From Macrostomum hystrix (taxonomy: Eukaryota > Animalia > Platyhelminthes): DNA of 64,000 nt. The number at the start of each line of letters is the position of its first letter. The stretch's first letter is position 1. The notes beneath the pieces were generated by a model. It was not told the origin of the DNA and did not search any database. It saw only the letters and a program-made list of their open reading frames with translations. The position numbers were made by a program, and so were the translations under genes. The stretch lies in assembly GCA_950097015.1 (NCBI GenBank), contig CATNEN010000039.1:16306001-16370000 (forward strand), in the 5' to 3' direction. Shown here in pieces: positions 39,690 through 55,311 of this stretch.

Positions 39690-42600
39690 TTTTCACCTGT
39701 TTCTTAGGTAATTAGCTAAACTACATATGTAGCTCGTATATAAACTGTAAGCTATTAAAAAGTACAGCATCATATTTTGAATGGCTGATTCTGAAGAATC
39801 TGCACTTTTCAATATTGATTTGCAATTGCACGTGCGAGTGCTGCATGAACAAACAATTTGGTGTGCTCTTCAGACAATGGGCACAATTGATCATAAAAAT
39901 TTAAAATTGTTAAAAACTTTTTTAACGTTAAATTTAAATTTTTGTATTTTAGTATCGTTTGTTTTTTAGTGATCGAGCTATGATGATATGGAACAATTGT
40001 AGAGTTCAAAGGCTAAAATAATCTGTAATAATTTTTTAACCATTATCAGCTTTTATATATTTTTGTTATTTTATTTATTACATGAACATTTTTAACATAA
40101 TCTAAAGCTTCATTAATCGCGCTTTTAATTAAAACGTCCACTTGAAAGTGACTTTCGATAGCCCACTAACAAATCTTACCATGCCACAAATCAAATGAAT
40201 TTCTTATTTAGCTATTTTTTAACTAACCAAATAAGAACGCACAATTAATAATAGCTTTCATTTTTTAGCGACCTAATATTTCCAATGCTATACTTAATCC
40301 TCTTGATTGCCTTGCTAAAACACGATTGACTGTGCAGAAAACAAATTTCATTTATTACTTTTTCATTCTTGCCTACCCGGTGCCCAAGCTGCTGTGACGA
40401 TTAAATGACGAAGACAGAAATCCGTGGCGGCGACAATTAGAGTTCACTTCAGTCTAGCGTCAGTTCAATTATGTGGTGTAGCGGTAGCACTTTATTATCG
40501 TGGTGCACTGGGATGCACGACAAGCAGAGTAAAGAAAGTAAGGTGCAGGAGCTCAACAATAGTAATAGCAATGACAGCACGGCGAGGCGAAGATAGGAAA
40601 TAGTGCGCGAAGTTAGGACGGACACGAGAAGCCGAGCAGTGGGCAGGGCTAACAGGCAGAATATTCTCAGAACAATAACAAGTGGACAACCAGTGGACAA
40701 ACAGGAACACGAGAAGAGAAGGGGGACAGACCGGCAGTGGAGTGCACAGGTGGACAAGTGGAGCGCGAGCGGGCCTAAAGCCCTTAATTAAATAAGCTTA
40801 GTAAACTGCAGAACAGGGCGATCGATAACTTCTGGAAACTGGCTCCAGCCAATGAGCGTGTAAGTACACTGGTCTGGGCAGACGACAAATTTAATTAGAC
40901 ACTAGCAAAACCAAGCTGTGGCAGCGCGATGTGCACTAACGCCTACTAGCAGTAACACTCTAAGAATTACAGCTTAACCATACGAAACTGAGAATTGGGT
41001 GAAAACCAGATGACATCAGTAAAACGGCCCTAGTTAGTACACACGTAAATTAGCTATGTAAATTAACACGTAAATTAAATTGCTAGGGGCGCTTTCAACA
41101 AGTGACAACGTCACACTGCAATCAAGGACCACTAGGAGTGGTCTACTCCTAGTACAGTGGTCCTTGGCTGCAATTTGGTCAGCTTCATTCGACGCCATCA
41201 TATCGTTGAATACGACGCCTCCCTGCCTGATCCGATCGACACCTCGTCACTTGTGCTACGAGGCGACACGGGCGCTGGCTGGCGCATGGATTCGATCGCA
41301 CCACAACGATAATTAAGTACCTCTCAATCACTGGTTTTGCTTGGCTATACCGACAACTTATCGCCCAGATTTCCTCATCAGTTAAATGCACCCAGTCAGT
41401 CACTAGTCACTGATCGTGTGTATTCAAAGCATTAGGGCAAATCTAGAAATGATTGCATTTTTGTGTCTAAAAACTTTTGATTCTTTGGTCGAATTAAACT
41501 TTAACTCATTCGACGCGAGAATTTCAACATGGAGCAACGATAGGTGACATTTACAAGCACGAAAACGAAGTTTTCATTCGAATTTTATTAAATTTGTTTG
41601 TTTTAGCTTTGCATGGTTTAAAATTTTACTCGCCTAATATATGCCTGCAAGCGTCAGTTTAGGTTACATTTGTGCCATTTTCATTGTCTCTGGGACAAAC
41701 ACAAACGTTAAAATTTCCGATTTTTTTGCCATACGATACGTGGTTGGAGTCCGTATCAAACTCTCAAAGGAAATTTTCTGATTCCAGATATTTTATGCTT
41801 TAGAGGCAAAAATGTGGCGTCAGTTAGTTTTTTTGCAGACAAGAAGCTTGCCATCATTACAAATAAAGTAATAACGAAAATATATCATGCAAATATTATC
41901 TATCCAAGTAGTAAATTTGATTACTTTCTATAAATACATCTGCGCATTTCTGTCAATTTTCAGCTTCAGATATTGTATATCAACGAGGGAATGGCGTCAG
42001 TAAGGTTACACAAAAATTAACGGACATTGAATTCTTGTTACTCAGGTGCGGATTTCTTGTTGAAATCCTGAGACAAAGCATGGTTAAAATATTTCAGATG
42101 CTTAGCTTTCTAAATTCCAAGCACGATTGTGCAAAACTCACAGTTTTAGTATCAGAAAATTCAATTGAAAAAAACCAGTGCATACGTACGGACATGTAAA
42201 TTAGCATGAATAGATCGCTACCTAAATAATTGCAATTCTAAATTTTAAGAAAAGTCTTTGAAGCTTCATTTTGTTCCAAAACGTTGTAGACAATCATTTA
42301 TACAGTTTCTATTTCGGTTTAGGTTAAAAATTTGTGCTCAAAGATCGATATTTTTAGGAGAAATTTACTATGGACATGTTGCTTTATTTTTGTGCAGATC
42401 GTTTCGAATTTACCCATTAGATGCATAATCGTTTAAAACGTAGTACTAAGGATTTGTTATTGCAAATTAAAAAACGATTTTTCGTCTTTTTCTTTTATTT
42501 TCTAGGACTCATGAGTATTTTATTGAATCATGAATCATAGGCTACCATACATTGCATCGTTCGAGACTTCGAGTCATAAGTCTCTTCGATCATTGTAAAT

Positions 42601-44080
42601 TAAATGATAATAATGTAACATCAAAACTTCAAGTTCTATAGACTTAGGCTTAGCAAATAATTACTAGTGTGTCTACTTCTTCAACTGCTATAAAAAACTT
42701 GCACAGGTATTAGGGCCCAAACACTCATTTTCTGCCAAAAAACTATTTGATTTTGACATTGTCCAATATTTTTGGCAGCTTTATCATATCTAACCTTTAG
42801 GGTAGGAATATTAGCATAGTCAATAAATAACATTAGGTTTTAATATTATCTAATTTGCTATATATTTCCTTTAAAGCTTTGAATAAATATTCTAGTCAAT
42901 TATTAATATTTTAGAATACAATCCACTTCAGTAACAACTGTTTTGGCCATTGAATAATGACTTACAGTTAAATTCGTCATAACTTTGAAGTAGGCCTAGT
43001 AAATTTTATGGCAGTTGTTATTTGTTTGTCCAGTTAACCGGACAAATAGCCATTTGATTATTCGAGGTTAACCGAGGTTGTAGGGGTTGTATAGCGCTAC
43101 CACGAGAACCTCTATCATTTGTAAGATAAAATAATTAACAAGCTGCAAAAGGACAGTCATTCAGATTTGAAGTTTGTGTCTCAAATTATTTTCGTTTATC
43201 AACTAATTAAAAAATTAATACCTTTTCCAGAAATTTGGTTGTTTCAGGGACTAACTTAGTTCAAGGGTATAGTTTGGTCTTTGTGAGGTCAAAGACTCAA
43301 GATGGCTATTAGCAGGGTAAGAGTGGTCTTTGGGAGGATCGTTGCTCACTGCTCATTGAAAGGGGAGAAATTAAGTCCTTGGGTGGTTAACCGGTTAACC
43401 TGTTAACCAGACGAATAACAACTACCCATGAGCTATAGGCCTAGCCCCTAACTATGTTGAGCAATATTTTACATAGAGTATTTTAAATACAGTTTTTTGC
43501 TTTGTGTATTTTGTTTTCACTTCTGTCTGTTGCAATTTAAACTTAAGTTTTCATACTATATACACAGTAGCCACAAATTTGTGCTTTCTTATTATTACTC
43601 TCAATTCTATTAAATAAATACTTAGACTTAGGTCTTAGGCCTATATTAAATGTATGAACAACTTGATTTTGAATGTGAAACATTTAAAATACCACAACAT
43701 AGGAATTTACAATAATGACCATTCCCACAATACATAAATTATACTGTAACAAGTTCTATATATCAGATCAAATTAGATCAATTGTTACCATTCTAGGCTA
43801 GTACCAGTCTTTAGGCCTAGTATGCCATTAGATCAACATCACTTATAATAGAAATCAGTCAGCTTATTGCCTAAAAAACTAAAAGTTACAAAAGTTATAG
43901 AAATTTATATTATAAATCTGTTGTAACATGTTAGTTTAAATCACTTTATTTTGAATTGCCAGCCCATCTAATAACAATGAGTTCAACAAACTCAGACAAG
44001 GTGACTAATGTGAAAATCATATAAATAAAGTGCAAATTTAGACAATTTAAAGACATTTCAATGAAATCACCTATGGTAGG

Positions 44081-44891
44081 CCATAGTCAGGAAGGTGTCC
44101 GTACGCCGGAATTTTCCGGCGTACATAAGCCCCCCCCAAAAAAAAATGGCGTACAGTTTCGCGTACATGCGGTCCGAAAAATGGAGTACAGAGTTCTTGG
44201 CGTACACAACACAGTTTTCACATGCAAAAATCTGTCCAAAAATCGGCCTACAATATTTGCATGTGATTGGCGTAAGAACAAACATTTAAAAAACCTGCAA
44301 ACAACCCAATTACTTCAACAAAGTATTGTATATCGTTCAATTTTAGTGAATTGGTAAATCTATTTTCATCTTTAAAACGCTGAAATTACGTAAATTTTAA
44401 ATCTGATTTATTGTTAACAAAACTTTACTAAAGTTTTGTGTAAGTCAGTTATTTATTTTAACTTATTAACTAATTCTGTACAATAATTACTTTAGTATTT
44501 TAGATTTCTTCACGTTACAACAGATGACATACAGGTAAGTTAAGATTTAAGTTGCAAATTTCGCGCATTTGCAGTTTTATTTTATTACATTTGTTAGCAA
44601 TTTCGTCGTCTTGCAAGAAGTATGAATCTAGCAAAGTGATTGATCGGCGCCGGGAACAGGGTATTCGGTGTCCGTTCGTCGGAGCCGATAAGTCTCTGTC
44701 AGAATCGTTGTCTGAAAACAAATGAACTTTTTAATGGGTAATTAATACATAAATTTTAAATCTGTAAATTGCAGCATTTTTTTGGGTCCTCAATTTTGGC
44801 GTACGCTTTTTTGGGCTATTCAATTTTGGCGTACACAACATTTTTTCTTAATTTTCATTCCGGCGTACACTGGACACCTTCCTGACTATGG
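44081..44891. mobile_element. Non-autonomous TIR element (CCATAGTC termini), copy 2
   Basis: TIR ccatagtcaggaaggtgtcc / ggacaccttcctgactatgg; perfect 8-bp TSD atggtagg (44073-44080 and 44892-44899); subterminal GGCGTAC motifs at both ends. Confidence 0.9.
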
Positions 44892-46339
44892 ATGGTAGGG
44901 GCTCTAGTAAAAAATTAAAAAATCCATATTTTTGGTTTTCTTTGTTACAGATCTTGCTTGTCTGAGTTAAAAGACACCTCACTCATCAAAATTGGTCAAG
45001 TAATAAAAAAGTTATAACCTTTTTTTGATCAACATTTTAGTTGTTTTTAGAACATTAGTATTTTTCCCATAAAGGGCTGTGATCCAGATGACTGGATTGA
45101 TTGGACTTAGACAACATAAAAATTGCAATAATTTATTTTAATTGGATTTTAAAAATTCCAAAAGCATATAGTTTTTGTTATCTACACTATGGAATATATG
45201 TATATACTATATTAACACTCAGTTTTAAAGTATTCAATTTCGTTTTTACATTGAATAGGATTACTATGTTGACAAGACATGTTTATTTGTTTACAATAAA
45301 AAACTCTTTTGGCTCTAAAGAAGTGGTAAAGCCATACCTATTCCATAGCTTAACAAATAGATGTCGCATAGACATCAATTTACTATTAACAGTCAATTGC
45401 AAAAGCCAGCTGAAATGCATAAAGGGGGTAAATTAGAAAAACATGTTTCTGTGAGATTCCACTAAAGGAAAATAAGAAGGTTTGAGTATATCATATTCCA
45501 CATAAAATTCTGCGTAAAACTTTAATGGCATACACTTAGAGAACACTATAAACAATGGTCAAAAACAGAAGTTGAAACTTTCAAACAGAAAAATTAAGAA
45601 GAATTTTTTTAAACAAATAATTACTTTTCTTTTACAGAATTTTATATTATCTTTCTAAATATTCACTTTGTTTGACTCAGTATTGACAATGCATAACTTA
45701 AATTTTCAAAATCTAAGTATGTTAGTTTTTTTGACTTTTTGATCACACAACAATTTTTTTTGAAAAAATAACAAACTTTGACACCATATAACTTTTTTGT
45801 TATTGCACCTATTGTAGTGTAGAAATTTGAAAGTAATTTTTTGTTCATTTTGTAGATCATTTTGTGACACTTGACCTACAGTCAGAGAGGAGGCAATCCT
45901 GCTCTTTTTGCTGAATCCTGAGCACAAACACAGATGCAGGCGCACACTCACACAGGTGTGCATGTCTGCCCTGACTTTCTAATTGTCAGGCAGTGTACAC
46001 TTCACTGTGTCTTCGAGGTTGGCCTTCAAGGGCATAAATTTCACAAGCTGCAAGCCTTCTTTCTGCAGCTGCGCGCCAAATAAATTGAGCTCAGGAACTT
46101 GGTACAAGAGGCAAACAGTTATGTATGGTCAAAGCTTTAGCATTTTCAACAATCCACTTCGACCCCCTACTATGGAGGAGTTAAATTCTTCTAAAATTAT
46201 AAATTATATAATTAGATAACTATGTGATAAGAAAACTTCTGAAAACAGCAAACTTAGCCTTGCTTTGTGCTGTTATAAATATACTCCAGACAGCTGATTA
46301 TATATTTGAGTCAAACGCTTTTAATTGCCCACTTTGCAG

Positions 46340-49300
46340 CCTCAGCTACAGGTTACACTGTGTCGCAGCGGCGACTCTAGCGACTCTACTAAACGCCGTC
46401 GTCGTCACGGCGTCCTTAGCAACAAGAAGGCTGGCTCCGCCACAGCCGGCGGCCGCTGCCATTGCCGATTAAATAACTCTGGCGGCAGCGTGTCACTATC
46501 GGCATCATCGTCGAGGCTTCTTCAACTGTCTGCCTGCAGCAGCTCCGGCGAGCGTCGTCAACAACAGCAGCTCCTTAGGCAGCAATTCCAGTATCATCAG
46601 TTGCAACAGCTAGCGAGACTGAAGTCTAACAATCAGGATTTGGCCAGAGTGAATGCCGGACTTCAGTTAGCCAGTCAAAAGCTAGCATCTGATACACAAC
46701 GCCTGCAGAAGGAGAATCTACAGCTGAGACAGCGTGCTTCTCGACTGCCTGAGTTGCGGTCGAACCTATTTAACGTGCTGGATGCTGTTTACAAGTGCGG
46801 GCTTCAATGCTTTGAGATTATTTTCCTTGGGCTAAGAATAGAACTCCCGGCGTTCCGGTTAGATCTCTAACTTGGAATACCACTAATATGAAACATGGTC
46901 CATCTGTTGGCCAACAAAGGACGAGAGCGAATCATATTACTTGTCGGTTTCCTCGAGCTCGGAATTCACCATAGAAAATTGCGCCCTATTGAACAATTGA
47001 AATCTCTCTAGTGTCTTCTTTAATAGGTCCTCCTGAAGGGCGTCTTCTTCGTTACCTCCGCAAGATAACGGATAACTCAAATTAATCAACAATAATCCTC
47101 TAGGAATGTATCCTAGGAAACAGGGAGGCCTTTCTCAAATGTATAGACGATATGTGGCTCTTGTAATCTAAGTTAAATTCAACAACGATTGCTAGCAATA
47201 AATAATTCTGTCTAGTAAAGCGCTTACCACTTGTCTTTCCCTTGGAGATGAGTCCTCTGCTTCTTAACGCTTCTTTGAAGTCCAGTGGATCGCTGGACCG
47301 GTTTAGGACCGAATGTTTACTCAGGGCATACATTTTAGCACAGCTAGGTCAAACTTGTTTGTTTAGTTGCGTTTTGGGGGGTTTTTAAGTGAGCATTACC
47401 TTATATGGGAGTATGAGCAATACAGCTGTCGAGAAACCGGTTCTCCGGTTTTAAGTCACAAGACTTTGTTTCTAAAAATAGCATGAGTTATCATGACTCA
47501 TTCCTAAAAATAGATTTACAATTATAGCTTAGGTTTGCTTGTAATATTACTTTAAGTAGCGCGTTAAACAAATTTCAAATTTTACTAATTTCATAAAGGG
47601 GGCTTTTCGTGCAATTTACGACCTTGAGGGCCAACCTCCAAGGCACTTAACATGGTTACGAACCTGTAAGATCTCAAGATCTCATTCACCCTAATGCCAT
47701 GCTGTTAAGTAGCTAGTTATTTTTTAAACAACATAGCTCTGATTTTAGCTACCTTAAAATTTTTGTCAGTTTTCTACATTGTCTTCCTTCTTTTCCTGCT
47801 TTTCTGCCATCAAATTCTCAATCCTAGTCCTTGACTAATCCTAGACTATCTTCCCTAGTCCTTGTCTAGATTTGTGTCCCGTATCTAAAAAAATCGAAAA
47901 AATGAAATTCCTTAATAAAAACTAGTTTCATAGTATGGTGTATAATAAAGTGCTCTATGTAACTAATGTACATAACACTGAAATATTTATAAACTTACTA
48001 ATTTTTGTCCTTAATTAAACAAGAGACGAAATTACATTGTGACCTAGATTTAGAATAGGGATAGTATAGAAATTCGGATGGGTGTGGTGGCCTCCCTCAG
48101 TCCATGGACTGAATAGCTGTACACAGCCTTTTGAAGCACCGCGCAATAGGCATTTGTGGGATAATGGGAATTTAGCTAGAATAAGATGGGTTCAGCTGAC
48201 TGTGAAACATTTTCTCAATTCGTTAGTAGTCAGTTGATTGATTTCTTATCTCAACTAGGTGTGTTCAACTGCTGGGCGACGAGACTGAATAAATAAATAA
48301 ATAAATAATAATAAATAAATAATAAATAAATAATAAATAATAATAAATAATTCTGTCTAGTAAAGCGCTTACCACTTGTCTTTCCCTTGGAGATGAGTCC
48401 TCTGCTTCTTAACGCTTCTTTGAAGTCCAGTGGATCGCTGGACCGGTTTAGGACCGAATGTTTACTCAGGGCATACATTTTAGCACAGCTAGGTCAAACT
48501 TGTTTGTTTAGTTGCGTTTTGGGGGGTTTTTAAGTGAGCATTACCTTATATGGGAGTATGAGCAATACAGCTGTCGAGAAACCGGTTCTCCGGTTTCAAG
48601 TCACAAGACTTTGTTTCTAAAAATAGCATGAGTTATCATGACTCATTCCTAAAAATAGATTTACAATTATAGCTTAGGTTTGCTTGTAATATTACTTTAA
48701 GTAGCGCGTTAAACAAATTTCAAATTTTACTAATTTCATAAAGGGGGCTTTTCGTGCAATTTACGACCTTGAGGGCCAACCTCCAAGGCACTTAACATGG
48801 TTACGAACCTGTAAGATCTCAAGATCTCATTCACCCTAATGCCATGCTGTTAAGTAGCTAGTTATTTTTTAAACAACATAGCTCTGATTTTAGCTACCTT
48901 AAAATTTTTGTCAGTTTTCTACATTGTCTTCCTTCTTTTCCTGCTTTTCTGCCATCAAATTCTCAATCCTAGTCCTTGACTAATCCTAGACTATCTTCCC
49001 TAGTCCTTGTCTAGATTTGTGTCCCGTATCTAAAAAAATCGAAAAAATGAAATTCCTTAATAAAAACTAGTTTCATAGTATGGTGTATAATAAAGTGCTC
49101 TATGTAACTAATGTACATAACACTGAAATATTTATAAACTTACTAATTTTTGTCCTTAATTAAACAAGAGACGAAATTACATTGTGACCTAGATTTAGAA
49201 TAGGGATAGTATAGAAATTCGGATGGGTGTGGTGGCCTCCCTCAGTCCATGGACTGAATAGCTGTACACAGCCTTTTGAAGCACCGCGCAATAGGCATTT

Positions 49301-50806
49301 GTGGGATAATGGGAATTTAGCTAGAATAAGATGGGTTCAGCTGACTGTGAAACATTTTCTCAATTCGTTAGTAGTCAGTTGATTGATTTCTTATCTCAAC
49401 TAGGTGTGTTCAACTGCTGGGCGACGAGACTGAAAACAGCAACATCGTTGCCGCATTAGCCGTCGAAGAGCTCGAAGCCCATCGTCACGCTGACAGCATG
49501 GCTGCCGATGCCGCCGCCGCCGCTGAATTTGTCGACGAAGAACCAGTTGAAGTGCCCGCCGCCGATTCGCTTGCCTGCAACTCGGCCGTGTCGCCGCCGC
49601 GGCAGTTCAAGCCTATGCAGCACCAGCTGCCGACTCGCGTTGTTGCCGCAGCTCCGTCGGGCTCCGTCATCGCCGAAGTGTCAGCCGAGCTGGTCGCCTG
49701 CAACACCACGATGAGTATCGCCGAGGAGGGTTGCAGCTTTTTAGACTCATCGTTGCCAACTGCTCCAGCTGTTTCGGAGGACCCCGTGCCGCTTATTACT
49801 GACGTCGAGATAGTCGCAGAGACTGTCGAAGTTACGGAGCCGACGCCGACGCCAGAGCCAGCTGCTGTTAAGCCGCCGCCGCAGCAGCAGGCAAGAAAGA
49901 CATCAGCCAAGTTGACAACGAAATCAAAGGAGCGAACTGCGAAGCCGAAGGCGGAACCGCGGCGTCGTGTGAAATCTGCTGCGGTCACTCCGACCACTTC
50001 AACTGCGAGCTCCGATGATCAGAGACAGCGGCAGAGGCCTGCCAGGTCAGTTTTTTTCACCTGCTTTATTAATTACTGGAGAGACTAGGAAAATAAAGGA
50101 GAATAGCCATCTCGTCACTCTCCAGACTCGTCACTGCTCAGACCCGTCACTCTTCAAACCTGTCACTCATTAGACCTGTCACTCATTCATCACACGTGGA
50201 ACACGTCGATAAAAAATTTCGCTTTCCAGATCAACCCGTCGGCCAGTTAGCTACCTGGAGGAGCCAGTGCCAGATACAAATCATTCGCCGGATTTAACTA
50301 AGCCAGACAAAAAGGCAGGCCGGCCATCTAGGACAGTTCTGGCTGTTCAACAGCGCCCTGGTCAACTGCGCTATGTAGTGGCTGTTAATTCTAAGCAGGC
50401 GGTAGATTCTGGCGCCAACGATGCCAAGGCTATGCCGCCGCCTCCGCCTCCGCGGCCATCACAGGCCTCTAAAACTGGTCGAAAGCGTCGTCTGCCGCAG
50501 TCGCCAGGCGCCGCCAGCAGCGACGCGGCTGCCTCGTCGTCGACTTCGCCTAGCGAAGATCCGTTTAATTTGAGCGCCAATCGGACTGGTAATCTATCAG
50601 CTCTGCCTGACAGTCTGCAGGGCCTGCGCGAGCGCTGTCAGAATGCTCAGCAGCAGCAGCAGCAGCAGCAGCTACCCGAGGCTAAGAAAGCCAATCACGA
50701 CATTAACGACGGAGAGCAAAAGCAGAAGAAAAAGAAGAAACCAACCCGACGTCAGCAGCGTCAGCTGAATGATTCAGACGAGGCTGATTTTGTCAGCCTT
50801 TATTGA
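46340..50806 (+). CDS. Shugoshin-like protein (about 558 aa; start codon not found in the first exon)
   Basis: Exons 46340-46794, 49404-50045, 50230-50806 join in frame (both introns phase 2). The N-terminal coiled coil LKSNNQDLARVN..L.....L.....RLQKENLQLR matches the Sgo N-domain pattern; the exon 2/3 junction gives the basic RPARSTRRPVSYLEEP, resembling the SGO motif. Family assignment is by motif recall only. Confidence 0.65.
46903..47600 (-). repeat. Unclassified dispersed repeat, copy 2 (partly re-duplicated at 48342-48745)
   Basis: Reverse complement of 27000-27670. Confidence 0.85.
47197..49434. repeat. Tandem duplication of about 1.09 kb (47197-48289 and 48342-49434) with (AAT/AATA)n filler
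   Basis: Copies offset by 1145 nt; identical by eye except T/C at 47452/48597; junction 48290-48341 is an AATAAAT-type run. Confidence 0.95.
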
Positions 50807-51744
50807 GGTGAATTCTTAGGGGATCAAATATGTTCGCAAGTGATTCATTTTGTAACTTCAATGAATTTTTACTTTATAACTAGTGCACTGTTGAAATGCA
50901 ATTATCAATCTAATGTGAAAATCTACTTATCCTAAAGAATTTCCACAATAATCTGATAGACTTCACAAATTATCCCAATAAGTATTAAACAAGACAATTA
51001 ATTAACCCGCTGATTCTGAGGGTGTGTTTCATAATAAAAGTGCGTAATTTACTTTTAATTAGGTTAATAAAGCTGCTTTTAAATCAATTTACTTGATAAA
51101 TTTGTTTTTTATTTATAAATAAAAGTGCATCGTCATGTTTATAACTTTTTTTCCTGCTCGCATTTTTGTGTCTGCGTGTTAAGTTATTTTTTTCTCAAGC
51201 ATTTTTAATGTTATTTTTGTTCTAAAATAACATTTTATTAATTATGTTAAACTATTTTGTCAACTACCAAGAAGTAACCTTTCATGTACATTATTTTATC
51301 ACTTCTGCTTGTAACTCCGCCTGCACTTGTTCTTTTGTACTTTTAAAGCTTCAATGCAATTCTATGCGAATTACGTATTAAAGTTCATGTCTTTAAAACA
51401 ATCCATTATTATTTAGCTTTAAACAAATCTATAACTTTAGCTTAACGTCGTTTTTATGTTTAAGCAATCAATTTTTGTTCTTCATTTCGCCAGTTTTCCA
51501 TAATTTCTATTAAAATTAGCAGTAGAAAAGATTAAAAGTCAGTTTTTAATTCAGGGTAAGACAATAATATTCCCAGTATTCTTATTCCTAGAAATCTAAT
51601 AACGTTGCTTAACAAACAAATCCAAAATAAATTAAAACTGCCTTGACAACTAGTCGCAATTAAATCAACAGGTGACAAGAGAATGAATCCCAATTAAATC
51701 CCAAATTGCTAAAAGTTGAATCCCTATGACATACCAGGTAATTC

Positions 51745-52890
51745 AAATAGGAATCCCAATTAAATCCCAGTTGACAAGAAAATGAATCCCAATTAAATCC
51801 CAGATGACAAGAAAAAGAATCCCAATGAAATCCCAGATGACAAGAAAAAGAATCCCAATTAAATCCCAGATGACAAGAAAAAAAATCCCAATTAAATCCC
51901 AGATGACAAAAAAATCCCAATTAAATCCCAGATGACAAGAAAATGAATCCCAATTAAATCCCAGATGACAAGAAAATGAATCCCAATTAAATCCCAGATG
52001 ACAAGAAAAAAATCCCAATTAAATTCCCTATGACAAGAAAAAGAATCCCAATTAAATCCCAGATGACAAAAAAATCCCAATTAAATCCCAGATGACAAGA
52101 AAATGAATCCTAATTAAATCCCAGATGACAAAAAATCCCAATTAAATCCCAGATGACAAGAAAATGAATCCTAATTAAATCCCAGATGACAAGAAAAAGA
52201 ATCCCAATTAAATTCTCTATGACAAGAAAAAGAATCCCAATTAAATTCTCTATGACAAGAAAAAGAATCCCAATTAAATCCCAGATGACAAGAAAATGAA
52301 TCCTAATTAAATCCCAGATGACAAAAAATCCCAATTAAATCCCAGATGACAAGAAAATGAATCCTAATTAAATCCCAGATGACAAGAAAAAGAATCCCAA
52401 TTAAATTCTCTATGACAAGAAAAAGAATCCCAATTAAATTCTCTATGACAAGAAAAAGAATCCCAATTAAATTCTCTATGACAAGAAAAAGAATCCCAAT
52501 TAAATTCCCTATGACAAGAAAAAGAATCCCAATTAAATTCCCTATGACAAGAAAAAGAATCCCAATTGAATCCCAGATGACAAGAAATGAATCCCAATTG
52601 AATCCCAGATGACAAGAAAATGAAACCCAATTGAATCCCAGATGACAAGAAAATGAAACCCAATTGAATCCCAGATGACAAGAAATGAATCCCAATTGAA
52701 TCCCAGATGACAAGAAAATGAAACCCAATTGAATCCCAGATGACAAGAAATGAATCCCAATTGAATCCCAGATGACAAGAAAATGAAACCCAATTGAATC
52801 CCAGATGACAAGAAATGAATCCCAATTGAATCCCAGATGACAAGAAAATGAAACCCAATTGAATCCCAGATGACAAGAAAATGAAACCTA
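51745..52890. repeat. About 33-bp minisatellite (GATGACAAGAAAATGAATCCCAATTAAATCCCA), about 35 copies
   Basis: Direct periodicity; the variant switches to AATTGAATCC from about 52560. Confidence 0.97.
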
Positions 52891-53191
52891 AAACAAATTC
52901 GGGTGAAATCTGGAGGTTAGAGAGAATATCAATTCGAATTTAATCCTCCGGGAGTGCAAATTAAAAATCCTTATCTAGGATTTTAAATGAGTTTCTTCGT
53001 ATCCCTAATTAAGAGGTCTGCAGTTCAAATCCCATCTGAAATAATTGCTGAACTAAATTCCACAATGCTTCAGAAATTTTGGTGGGTTTTACAGCCGTCC
53101 TTCTGTCCATGGACAAAACAACTAGCTGTCTTTAGTTAAATGTTTATTTATTGATTATTTATTAACAATTGTTGTTTGCAGCAGCGTTGAC

Positions 53192-55311
<2,120 letters not shown>

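Noticed and set aside
41368-41384. Minus-strand CTGATGAGGAAA as a hammerhead ribozyme
   Set aside because: There is no room for stem II and no flanking stems.
41529-41548. ATGGAGCAACGATAG|gtgac as the first exon of the shugoshin-like gene
   Set aside because: It contains an in-frame TAG before the donor.
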